Origin: a bacterium
GTDB lineage: Bacteria; Electryoneota; AABM5-125-24; Hatepunaeales; Hatepunaeaceae
Direction: 5' to 3'
Assembly (NCBI GenBank): GCA_021734165.1
Contig: JAIPJL010000004.1
Coordinates: forward strand, 951-64,950
Length of the DNA stretch: 64,000 nt
Shown: positions 29,358-38,683 of the stretch, piece by piece
Layout: each line of letters opens with the position of its first letter
How positions within the stretch are numbered: the first letter of the stretch is position 1
Made by a program: the position numbers and the translations under genes
Notes under the pieces: generated by a model
Seen by the model: the letters and a program-made list of their open reading frames with translations, nothing else
What the model was told of the DNA's origin: nothing
Database searches by the model: none

Positions 29358-32046
29358 ATGTTTCGTTTTGGTTTTGTTTTCACAGTCCTTTTTTTAAACT
29401 TCACAATCAGCGTAAACCTAAGCGCTCACATCCTTAACGTCCCTGATGATTTCGAGACCATTCAGGGAGCTATCAATGAATTCGAAGACGGTGACACCGT
29501 CCTTGTTCAGCCAGGGGAGTATGTCGAGAATATCGTCTTTGGAGGTAATGCGATAACCGTTGCTAGTCTGATCCTTACTACAGGTGACAGGGCGTATATA
29601 GACTCAACCATCATCGACGGAGATGGAAGAGACTGTGTGGTTAGCTTCGAGGATGAAGAAGACAGCACTTCAGTATTGCGAGGATTCACTTTAAAAAATG
29701 GTCGTCAGAGTTATGGTGGTGGAATTGATTGTCAGACGGATACAAGTCCTACATTAATTGACCTGATTGTTGAAGATAATATCGCTGAAGCTTACGGCGG
29801 AGGGATTTATATAACTCATTCATCATCACCCTATATTTCCATGGGTTATTGTTAGGAATAACCGTTCGACAGCAGTGGGAGGCGGAATTGGAATATATGA
29901 CGATTCTCACCCGGTATTAAACGAAGTTATTATCCAGAATAATGAGACTAATACAGAAGGTGGTGGAGGTATCTGGTGTCGAGAGGCGAGTCTTACAATG
30001 TCAAATTGCATAATCTCTAAAAACAATAGTAGTAGGCGAGGTGGTGGTCTATACTTTTACCAAAGTAGTGGGAATAGTATAATTAATTCTACAATTTCAG
30101 ACAATCAGGCTGAAGAAGGAGATGGATTCTATATATTTGGTACCGAAGGTGAAACAACTATTTTAAATATAATTAATTCAATCGTATGGGGTAATTCAAA
30201 CGAAGAAATAGTAATATATTCGGATTGGTACGAGCTTAATCCTCTCCTTACAATTTCTTATTCAGATATATTGGGAGGATTGGATGGTATTGAAATAAAT
30301 GATATTGAAGCCGTTGAGTGGAATGACGGTAGCATCGACGAAGATCCATTATTTGTAGATTCTGAAAGCGGTGATTATCATCTTTCTGCAATTTCACCAT
30401 GCATTGATGCAGGCGATCCTGATTCGCCTCAAGATCCCGACGGATCACGCGCGGATATGGGAGCGTTACCGATTTACCAGGGTGGCTACGTTGAAGGATT
30501 TGTACTGAATTTAGCAAATGATGATCCCATTGAGGGAGTGATAGTCCGAAATAATGTAAGACAGGAAGTCGAAACCGACGCAGACGGATTCTTTCGATTT
30601 AGATCACGAACGCCGGATAATTTCGATTTGACGGCTTCAATAGCGGGTTACAATAACAGTGTCCTGCGTGATCAGCACGTTGACAGTGATAGTACTCTAA
30701 GGGTAATCTTCTATCTTACTCATCCTGAAATTCAACTGTCTGAAAGGTCTATTGGCGCAACACTGGATCAGGGAGATTCCACCGAGTTTGAACTAAGCAT
30801 CACCAACCAGGGTAACGGTCCATTGGAATGGCAGGCTAAGAAACGACTACTCGGTGAATTTGATCCTTGGGAACTCAGACAATCACACTATGTGCGCGAG
30901 GTCGTTCTTGATAATTATCTTATGGGAGTAATATTTGTTGATGAGTATTTTTATGCTTCAGGCGCTAATATCTTTGCAAATGTTGACAACGAAAACATGA
31001 TCTATGTGCTCGACCGCGATGGTCAAGAAATCGACCGTTTCCCTCAGTTTGGTGAATCCAACAGAGGTATGGAAGACCTTACCTGGGATGGGGAGTTAAT
31101 CTGGGGATGTGATGATAATATGGTTATCGGTTTCAATACAGATGGTGATTCTGTTACTTCGTTTGAAGGTCCTGAAGAATATAATTTGTGTGCCATTGCC
31201 TGGGAGCCCGACCGTGAAGTGTTGTGGATGGCGCGCAGGACTGGTCGAGGTATCTTTGCTTGTAACATTGAGGGAAATTGTTTGGACTCGCTACCACGCT
31301 GTGGTTTTCGGATATATGGTCTGGCTTACCGGCAGGATGATCCAGACGGATACAATCTGTACATCTTTAACAGTACCCAGATGGTGTACAAGATGAACAC
31401 CGAAACCGGCGATACGATGTTTGTTGCTCTCCTCGAGCATGAAGAAGGTGGACGACCAAGAGGCGCCTGTATTACCAACGAGTACGATCCAAGAAGTTGG
31501 GTATTCGTATGCATAACGGACAATGGTCCGGATGATCGCATCGATATCTGGCAGGTTGATGGAAACACGAGTTGGATGGTTTTAGAACCTATGCTGGGTG
31601 AAATAGAGGCAGAAGCATCGCAGGATTTAACTCTTTCTATTTTCACCGAGAGACTGACCGTTCCAGATTGGGAAGCAGAGCTTGTATTCAGTCACAATGC
31701 GGCGGGTGGTGAGACTATCCTACCGGTTACACTTACAATCAGACCGGATGCGGTTGATCACGATGATAGAATTACAATACCCGATGAATATGGAATTGCA
31801 AGTATTTATCCGAATCCTTTTAATTCAAGTGTAACAGTCAGTTACAACCTGCCTGTCAGCTCAGACGTCAGCTTGCAGTTATTCGATATATTGGGCAGGG
31901 AAGTCGCATCTTTATTCAACGAATGGCAGACCGTTGGTTCACATACGGTAGTAATTGACAATACGGAACTTTCGGCTGGATTGTATTTGATCAGGTTGAA
32001 GAGTGGAAGTGATGTGGTTGTAAGGAAAGTTGTGCTGGTGAAATAA
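29358..32046 (+). pseudogene. Secreted beta-helix/propeller-like T9SS CTD protein split by a +1 frameshift near 29842 (pseudogene or assembly error)
   Basis: ORFs 29358-29855 and 29875-32046 are collinear with the 16724-19405 paralog; deleting one base in TCCATGGGTT gives continuous SRVIVRNNRSTAVGGGIG. Confidence 0.8.
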
Positions 32047-32073
32047 TATTTACTATTAGCACACAAAACCATC

Positions 32074-32095
32074 CCCGGCTTGAAGACAAGTCGGG
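32074..32095. terminator. Hairpin between convergent genes
   Basis: CCCGGCTTG-aaga-CAAGTCGGG. Confidence 0.55.
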
Positions 32096-32127
32096 TTACG
32101 ATACTACGACACACCGACACCAAGAAA

Positions 32128-33243
32128 CTACGGAACTACCCAGCAGCCACTGACCGGAGCTTCTTTTACTCCGGTCACATCAGGCAGTGTAATAGGCGCT
32201 CTATCCTGACAAAGCGCTCCCAGTATCGCCATCGCTATCGCTTCGCGGAACTGTGAAGGAATTCCGTAGTCGTCTGATAAACCTACCGGTATTTCAAACC
32301 TCTTTCTGATTTCCCGCAACAGCGTTTTATTCATCACACCTCCTCCAGAGAGAATAATCCTGTCTGCTGTTTTGCAGTAAGTAGCTATGGTTTCAGCGAT
32401 TGCAGCACAGGCTGTTCTGGCAATATCAGCGCCGATGTGACGACCGCTGTGACGCTGAATCCACTTCTCCATTTCATCACCCGTACCAAGCGAGCGTTTT
32501 GCATCGGATTGCGCTGTTAGTAATTCAAGCAACGCTTCGTAAGATTCACTTTGAACCGTGCCGTTTTTCGCCTGAAAACCACTGCTATCAAAGCGCTTAT
32601 GAAAAAGGTTTACGGAAATCCTGTCGAGTAATTGATTGCAGACGCAGATGTCTTTACCACTGATTCCGTATTCCCCTCTTTGATTTTCCCCTTGCGAAGT
32701 AGGACAAGTAAGGATTGTTACATTGCAAAATCCACCTAAATTCACAATACATCTAATCTCCTTATCATTGCGGAACATAACATAATCTGCAAGCGGTGTA
32801 ATCGGCGCTCCTTCACCGCCACACGCAAGATCGGCAGCGCGCAGATCGTGAACGACCGGAACATCTAAACCATAAGCAATCGGTGAAGGATTGATCAATT
32901 GCCAGCTTAAAGGAGGTTTATGATATACTGTCTGACCGTGAACTGATACCAGATCGATATGGTGATCTCCAATCAGTTTTCGTAGAATATCAAGATGCAA
33001 CAGTCCGAAGTTACGGGAAGCCATTGCAATCTGTTCAGCCGTAAATGCTCTCTGTCCCGCTATTCTACGCAGCGGTTCACAAAGCTTACCAAGTGGATTG
33101 CTTAGACAATTTATTACGTTGACTTTCATGTCAACACCGTGTCCTCTGATCTCAATTAGCGCAGCATCAATTCCATCAATACTGGTGCCGGTCATACATC
33201 CGGCAACGTATCTGATCTTTTCGTTACTGCTGTTCAAGCTCAT
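32128..33243 (-). CDS. anmK: Anhydro-N-acetylmuramic acid kinase
   Basis: GCMTGTSIDGIDAAL, HGQTVYH, GGEGAPI, NLGG, SGGG; GAGGA RBS before ATG 33243. Confidence 0.88.
   Translation of the reverse strand: MSLNSSNEKIRYVAGCMTGTSIDGIDAALIEIRGHGVDMKVNVINCLSNPLGKLCEPLRRIAGQRAFTAEQIAMASRNFGLLHLDILRKLIGDHHIDLVSVHGQTVYHKPPLSWQLINPSPIAYGLDVPVVHDLRAADLACGGEGAPITPLADYVMFRNDKEIRCIVNLGGFCNVTILTCPTSQGENQRGEYGISGKDICVCNQLLDRISVNLFHKRFDSSGFQAKNGTVQSESYEALLELLTAQSDAKRSLGTGDEMEKWIQRHSGRHIGADIARTACAAIAETIATYCKTADRIILSGGGVMNKTLLREIRKRFEIPVGLSDDYGIPSQFREAIAMAILGALCQDRAPITLPDVTGVKEAPVSGCWVVP
32672..32703. repeat. C/G-tract element in frame in anmK
   Basis: Coding strand CCTACTTCGCAAGGGGAAAATCAAAGAGGGGA (PTSQGENQRG) matches AAGGGGAAATTAAAGGGGGA at about 54771-54791. 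Confidence 0.6.
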
Positions 33244-34957
33244 AAAGTATATCCTCGTAATACTTACAACTATCTTCAAGTCCGCCTTGTCTGGAATGGA
33301 TCAACCACAATTTTCGGTGTTCTTCGATAATCTGTTTGAGTTGCTTTATTAATATTAATTGCTTCTTCCTGCCAAGTTTGTCATCTGATAGTCTGTATAT
33401 AGAGCGATCAATAGCAAACATCGCAACATCAAGCGTATGCGAAAGCTCGTCGGTTAGTTGTCGATATAGTTTTTTCGGCAGGTATTCACGCCCTTCGGAT
33501 AACATTTCCTTAACTCTAATCCAGTCATCAGGATTATCAATGTATCCCTTTTTATAAAGCGGTGTTTGCAGGTCGTTAAATATACAGCTTGCATTCTTAA
33601 TTCCGGTTTTCTTCCTAAGTCCAAGATCGACATTTCCAAGTACATCAAGCCAGTTTGCAATTTCTAACGATACGTCGTTGAATGCAAATAACGACGACGC
33701 CTGGCTGTCAAATCTATCCACAGAATCCGCATTCCAGGCAGCGTTAGCCGCTTCGGCAAGCGCATGCAAAGCAATCGGCGATTGTTGTCTATGACCCAGA
33801 TCGCCCCAGTCGGTAATCAGGAATCCGGAAGCTCCGTATTTCACGCCGACTTTTACGGCGTTTGCCAGATTTGTTTTACGTTCGAAAGTCCGTCCTGTTA
33901 TACTGCGCCATGAGCTTGTTCCGGGACAAACCCAGTATTCAAAATCGGCGTCTTTCAATTTAGAACACCAACTATCAAATGGTGAATCCGGCTCATATCC
34001 CCAGATCAACACTATGGCGTCCTTAGGCAGCATCGCTAAAGCTTCAGGCGATTTCAGCGCCATATCAGCCCAGAACATGCTGCGAAACTTATGTTTTGAG
34101 GCTATGTTAATAACCTGCCTGACAAAATCAGCATAGACTTTAGCATAGCCCTGTTTTTCAACCGCTTCACGACTTCGTCCCTGACCTACGTCGAAGGTCT
34201 CATCACAGCCGATGTTGACAAGACCACTGCTGAAGTTCGGCAGAAGCTGACCCAGCAGATCAGCAATCAATGCTATCGAACGCTCATCAGTCGGGCAGAG
34301 GCTGAAACCGCCTGAACGTTTGGTATTGAGGAATTTCCATTCTCCGGTTGTTTCGGCAAGGTGCTGGTATTGAGAGTGTTTCAGCCAGCGTTCCATGTGT
34401 CCGAAGCAGTTCTGGTTGGCGGCAAGTGTTATTCCCTGCTCCAGGCAGCGTTCGTCAAGTTCTTTAATTTCATCCGCTGTAAGAGGCGAAGTATCCTTCC
34501 AGACGACTTCGTGTCCTTTATAAGCAAAAGTGTGCTCGGTGTAAAGCTGCAAATGGTTAATCTTCCATGAACCCAGCAGGTCAACAAACCGGAGTAGTTC
34601 ATCCTGTTTTGGAATCCTGTCACGGGAGATATCAAGCATCACACCGCGCACCGGGAATGACGGCTCGTCTTCGATGAGCATACAGGGGAGCGCAGTTCCG
34701 AACTGCCGTTTAAGCTGCTTAAGAGTCCGGAGTCCGTGACAAACGCCGCTTTCAGACACAGCTTCGATTATGACAGGATGTGGACTTTGCTTATCGGGAT
34801 GTTTGACGATTAGCTTATAGCTCTCAGAACGGATACTACCTCCCTGCTCTGCAGGGGAGGAATTAAAGGGGGGAGCGTTCCCGATATTAACCACTCCTCC
34901 GGTAAAATCAATGCGTCTCGGTTCAGGGAGCAGTATGGGTTTTAAATTATCAATCAT
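33224..34957 (-). CDS. Glycoside hydrolase family 20 beta-N-acetylhexosaminidase
   Basis: RGVMLDISR, HLQLYTEH, FGHM, NIGCDE, ITDWGD; overlaps the anmK start. Confidence 0.85.
   Translation of the reverse strand: MIDNLKPILLPEPRRIDFTGGVVNIGNAPPFNSSPAEQGGSIRSESYKLIVKHPDKQSPHPVIIEAVSESGVCHGLRTLKQLKRQFGTALPCMLIEDEPSFPVRGVMLDISRDRIPKQDELLRFVDLLGSWKINHLQLYTEHTFAYKGHEVVWKDTSPLTADEIKELDERCLEQGITLAANQNCFGHMERWLKHSQYQHLAETTGEWKFLNTKRSGGFSLCPTDERSIALIADLLGQLLPNFSSGLVNIGCDETFDVGQGRSREAVEKQGYAKVYADFVRQVINIASKHKFRSMFWADMALKSPEALAMLPKDAIVLIWGYEPDSPFDSWCSKLKDADFEYWVCPGTSSWRSITGRTFERKTNLANAVKVGVKYGASGFLITDWGDLGHRQQSPIALHALAEAANAAWNADSVDRFDSQASSLFAFNDVSLEIANWLDVLGNVDLGLRKKTGIKNASCIFNDLQTPLYKKGYIDNPDDWIRVKEMLSEGREYLPKKLYRQLTDELSHTLDVAMFAIDRSIYRLSDDKLGRKKQLILIKQLKQIIEEHRKLWLIHSRQGGLEDSCKYYEDILYELEQQ
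34839..34873. repeat. C/G-tract element in frame near the GH20 N-terminus
   Basis: Coding strand CCCCCCTTTAATTCCTCCCCTGCAGAGCAGGGAGG (PPFNSSPAEQGG), same family as 26299-26334 (PPFDSPPEQGG). Confidence 0.8.
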
Positions 34958-35038
34958 AAGGCTAATTTACTTGATAATTTGTGAAGTATCAAATTTTTAC
35001 TTGAAATTTTTGTATAATGAAATTAAACTCACAAAAAC

Positions 35039-35067
35039 TTGACTTTGTGTTTATAGTAATATATGTT
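35039..35067 (+). promoter_or_regulatory. Putative sigma-70 promoter
   Basis: TTGACT-17 bp-TATGTT in an AT-rich intergenic region. Confidence 0.45.
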
Positions 35068-35220
35068 TCAAACTTGTAGTTGTAGGTAGTATCAAATTGC
35101 CTTAATCTTGTACTTGATTGACATATATCAAGTTACGGAAGTATCTGGTACTCTTTAACTTAATTATTGCTTCTATGTACTTTCCGTCTTGATTTGTAAT
35201 CAACCTCCGCAAAACAGTAG

Positions 35221-35430
35221 ATGACTCAACCGCCGGTAGCGCTAAAACCTGCAACCATCGAAGTTGGAATGCCAAGAGTCTTTCACTTGCGTGACGACAA
35301 TATTGTACAAGGTACAATAACCTAAATCGTAGGTGATTTTATCGCTATCCCCGATACTCCTGACAGGGCATTACGGGTTCCTGTCTATGAGATACTCGAT
35401 GAAGCTGTTGATATCATAAAGCTTGAGTGA
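35221..35430 (+). pseudogene. Possible small-protein pseudogene with one internal TAA
   Basis: MTQPPVALKPATIEVGMPRVFHLRDDNIVQGTIT*IVGDFIAIPDTPDRALRVPVYEILDEAVDIIKLE*; TAA at 35323-35325. Confidence 0.3.
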
Positions 35431-35496
35431 TGCTGAATTATTGTAGGAGCGAGGTTAAAAATGTATGTCCTGCCCGTAAATTAACATTATTAGCAC

Positions 35497-35518
35497 TGCC
35501 ATGTGTCCCCACATGGCA
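35497..35518. repeat. Palindrome TGCCATGTG-tccc-CACATGGCA
   Basis: Intergenic relative, with compensatory changes, of the in-frame copy at 26400-26423. Confidence 0.7.
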
Positions 35519-35556
35519 GAAAAACCTAAAAATGAATGTTTCTATAGAGATCGAAA

Positions 35557-36735
35557 GTGAGATCAATTTTTAATTTCTTCTCTGTTACAGTTTTACTCTG
35601 CATCTTAGATTTACCAGTATCTGTATTGGCAGTTAATATTTCCGGCTACTATGAAAACACCTTGCTGCCGGAATACTCAGATCGAACAGATGAAGGAATA
35701 CTTGATGCTTCCAAGTTAAGACTCGATTTTAAAACCGGAGGCGCGGAAGATGAATTGGAGTTTAAGGGCAACGTCAACTTCATATCCTATCATACAGACG
35801 TCAACCTGGATGTGACTCCTTATCTTCCTCAGATTGTCGCAGATACACTCACTAATCGCGGTATTCCGGTAATTATGACGCTCGATAAAAACCGCATCTT
35901 CCTCGACAATGCCTATCTAACCTGGCGTTCAGGTGGTTTCAGAGTACGCGTCGGTATTCAGCAATTAAGCTGGGGTCCGGGATACAGCTTCAATCCGACC
36001 GACCTCTTCCATCAGAAAAACCTGCTCGATCCGACTTATGAGAAAGAGGGTGTAACTGCGCTCAGACTGGATTACACCTGGGGCATCGGAGGCAGAATTA
36101 CAGGAATCTACGCGCCAAGCGGCAAACTCGAAGGATCCGAATATGCGCTCAGAGCGGCGACTCACATCAGCCAAATAGGCTACGACATTGCTATGACAAT
36201 TCATCAAGTTAATGACTCAACATCTATCGATCCGGGGACTTATCAGACTTGCTATCAAAAGAGACGCGCTCTTGGCTTGGATTTCAGCGGTGAACTGCTT
36301 GGACTGGGGGTATGGTTTGAGGGTAATTACAATAGTGTGGAATACGAGGATGATTTCGTGCGCACCTGCGCCGGATTTGACTACACGCTTGTGAATGGCT
36401 TGTACCTGATGCTCGAAGGTTTGTACAATGGTCGCACTGAATATTCCGCTCCCTATCCTGCTTACGACTGGCTGGAATATATTTACTATGGTGAACCTGT
36501 CTCGATGTATCGATTTATGGCAGGCGCTAAGAAAGACCTGAGTAACTTTGTGGACGGAAGCCTATACTGCTTTGGAGGCACGGACGGTTCTTACATGCTG
36601 AGTCCCCGAATCGATGCCAGCATAGCCCAGAACGCCGATCTGACGCTGTTTGGTATGGCGTCATTCGGCGCTAAAGACGGTCAGTTTCCGCCGGGATATT
36701 ACTCGCTGACAGCGAGGGTGACGGTGTATTTTTAA
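35557..36735 (+). CDS. Predicted outer-membrane beta-barrel protein
   Basis: Signal peptide, alternating beta-strand pattern, FLDNAY...RVGIQQLSWG...FNPTD, terminal Phe (TVYF); GTG start. Confidence 0.7.
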   Translation: MRSIFNFFSVTVLLCILDLPVSVLAVNISGYYENTLLPEYSDRTDEGILDASKLRLDFKTGGAEDELEFKGNVNFISYHTDVNLDVTPYLPQIVADTLTNRGIPVIMTLDKNRIFLDNAYLTWRSGGFRVRVGIQQLSWGPGYSFNPTDLFHQKNLLDPTYEKEGVTALRLDYTWGIGGRITGIYAPSGKLEGSEYALRAATHISQIGYDIAMTIHQVNDSTSIDPGTYQTCYQKRRALGLDFSGELLGLGVWFEGNYNSVEYEDDFVRTCAGFDYTLVNGLYLMLEGLYNGRTEYSAPYPAYDWLEYIYYGEPVSMYRFMAGAKKDLSNFVDGSLYCFGGTDGSYMLSPRIDASIAQNADLTLFGMASFGAKDGQFPPGYYSLTARVTVYF

Positions 36736-36745
36736 TGGTATTGGC

Positions 36746-36886
36746 TGGGGAGCACCAACACTTGTCCGCCTCCGGCGGATTCCTGTCGGCGGATTGAGCA
36801 TAAAACCCTGAAAAGGTTAATGTAAATAGCCACCTGCGTTAGTCGGTGGGATTGACTTCAGCGTGTTTATGACAACCTGAAGGTTG
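36746..36886. repeat. Cluster of REP-like hairpins
   Basis: TGGGGAGCACCAACAC with TCCGCC-tcc-GGCGGA (36765-36779); AACCCTGAAAAGGT...AGCCACC...GGTGGG; CAACCTGAAGGTTG. Confidence 0.6.
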
Positions 36887-36985
36887 AACTCTACACTCTT
36901 ATCACCAATGCATGGTTCAAAAAATCTGTCATTTATGACTTGATTCGGAATAATGCAATAATGCACGACTTGCCTTAAAATATAC

Positions 36986-36999
36986 TTGCATATTTGCAA
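36986..36999. promoter_or_regulatory. Candidate upstream activator site
   Basis: Palindrome TTGCA-TATT-TGCAA about 110-120 bp upstream of the sigma-54 site. Confidence 0.45.
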
Positions 37000-37106
37000 T
37001 ACAAGCTCTCTCCTGAGATTTCCTTACAACATCACCAATAATTAAATCTTCTCTCATCTCCTTAATTATCAATATATAACCCCTAAAATGACTTAATCTA
37101 AAAAGT

Positions 37107-37122
37107 TGGAACAGCCTTTGCT
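37107..37122 (+). promoter_or_regulatory. Sigma-54 (-24/-12) promoter of the ORP-like operon
   Basis: TGGAACAGCCTTTGCT: GG-N10-GC with TTGC, exact consensus spacing. Confidence 0.75.
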
Positions 37123-37233
37123 AAATAAAGCAAAATAGTCTTTAATGACTTTGCTTTTCATATTGTGTAAAAGTGATAAACTACAAGATGATAAAAGCTT
37201 TAATAACTCACAATAATAGACAGGAGAGTTGGA

Positions 37234-37596
37234 TTGAAAATTGCATTTACAACATCCGGTGATAACCTTGAAGCGCCAATAGACAGCCGTTTTGGCAGAG
37301 CGCCAAAATTCCTGATTTATGATCTGGATAGTGATACATTTGAGGTAATCGATAATCAGCAAAATCTAAATGCCATGCAAGGCGCAGGTATTCAGTCCGC
37401 TCAAACGGTTGCCAGATCGGGAGTATCATGTCTTGTAACAGGTCACTGCGGTCCTAAGGCGTTCCAGGTTCTTTCAGCAGCAAAGATTAAGATATATAAT
37501 TCCGAAGCAGCAACGATTTCGGAAGCTTTGGATGCTTATAAAAATGGCAGTCTTGAGAAAGCAAATTCGGCGGATGTCGGTAGTCACTGGATGTGA
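37234..37596 (+). CDS. Orange protein (ORP)-like NifX/NifB-family protein
   Basis: KIAFT...IDSRFGRA...GAGIQSAQ...TGHCGPKAFQVL; GGAG RBS, TTG start. Confidence 0.85.
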   Translation: MKIAFTTSGDNLEAPIDSRFGRAPKFLIYDLDSDTFEVIDNQQNLNAMQGAGIQSAQTVARSGVSCLVTGHCGPKAFQVLSAAKIKIYNSEAATISEALDAYKNGSLEKANSADVGSHWM

Positions 37597-37621
37597 TTTA
37601 AACCGTCATTTATAAGTCAAG

Positions 37622-38512
37622 ATGAGAACATCTCTCGATTGCATTCCCTGTTTCATTCGCCAAGCCCTGAACGCTGCAAGATTGGCGTCGGAGGACGGTT
37701 CCGTCCACGAGCGCATTCTCCAGGAAGCGCTGCGCTGGGCAATCGATATAAACATGGATCAACCAACACCCGTCATGGCTCAGCGCATTCACCGCCTACT
37801 TCGCAAAATTGTTGGCTCAGATGACCCTTACCGAGATGTGAAAGATCATCAGAACAGTATGGCTATGGCTCTCCTTCCTGAAATGAGGTCTAAAATTGAA
37901 GCTGCAACCGATCCGCTAAGTATGGCGTTGCAGTTGGCTATTGCAGGAAATGTAATAGACCTTGGAGTAAATGGTAACGTGACGGAAGGAGACGTGAGAG
38001 AATCCATCAATCAAGCACTGACACAACCGCTTGTGGGAGAGCAGATCGGATTTAGAAACGCTGTAACCAATGCTCAAAGCATTCTGTACCTCGCTGATAA
38101 TGCCGGGGAAATAGCTTTTGACCGCCTACTTGTCGAACAGCTAACACCTGCGCGTGTTACAGTAGCTGTTCGAGGTGCTCCTGTTATCAACGACGTCACT
38201 ATGATAGATGCCAGGACTGTTGGACTTAACGAAATAGTTGAAGTCATAGACAACGGATCGGATGCTCCAGGCACGTTACTTGAAGATTGCTGTCAGGAAT
38301 TTAAGCAGAGATTCAACGAAGTTGATCTGATTATAGCTAAAGGACAGGGCAATTATGAAACGCTCAGCGATGAGCCCTATAATATCTTCTTTCTGTTGAA
38401 AGCTAAGTGCTCAGTGATTGCAGCCCATGTCGGAGTTCCGATTGGAACACATGTTCTGGCGCATTCCAACAACAAAAACAAGAGCTTGGGAGTTGCATTA
38501 CGCCCAGCTTGA
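37622..38512 (+). CDS. DUF89/ARMT1-like metal-dependent phosphatase
   Basis: DCIPC, DPY, AGNVID, DNAGEIAFD, KGQGNYETL. Confidence 0.88.
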   Translation: MRTSLDCIPCFIRQALNAARLASEDGSVHERILQEALRWAIDINMDQPTPVMAQRIHRLLRKIVGSDDPYRDVKDHQNSMAMALLPEMRSKIEAATDPLSMALQLAIAGNVIDLGVNGNVTEGDVRESINQALTQPLVGEQIGFRNAVTNAQSILYLADNAGEIAFDRLLVEQLTPARVTVAVRGAPVINDVTMIDARTVGLNEIVEVIDNGSDAPGTLLEDCCQEFKQRFNEVDLIIAKGQGNYETLSDEPYNIFFLLKAKCSVIAAHVGVPIGTHVLAHSNNKNKSLGVALRPA

Positions 38513-38545
38513 AAATACAGAGTTCGAGTTTCTGCTTGGTTTCAA

Positions 38546-38562
38546 GTCCCGCATAGCGGGAC
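38546..38562. repeat. Mini-hairpin GTCCCGC-ata-GCGGGAC
   Basis: Perfect 7-bp stem with a CCCGC/GCGGG core like 188-213 and 2059-2085. Confidence 0.5.
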
Positions 38563-38683
38563 GTAACCTGGCAGTCATTAACCTCCATGTTATGTTTCGT
38601 TTGAAACCTGGAGGTAACTCCTTCTTTAATGAAATAACATTAGAGCAGAAAATTAACAATACATCAAAAAGAAAGGAATTGAA

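Noticed and set aside
29853-29875. Stop read-through or selenocysteine/pyrrolysine joining the two ORFs
   Set aside because: The ORFs are in different frames; a one-base indel explains the split.
36817-36999. Short ORF with YCIIPNQV resembling the RAYT motif YxxMPNHxH
   Set aside because: The HUH histidines are absent, the ORF is 60 aa, and it runs through repeat and promoter DNA.
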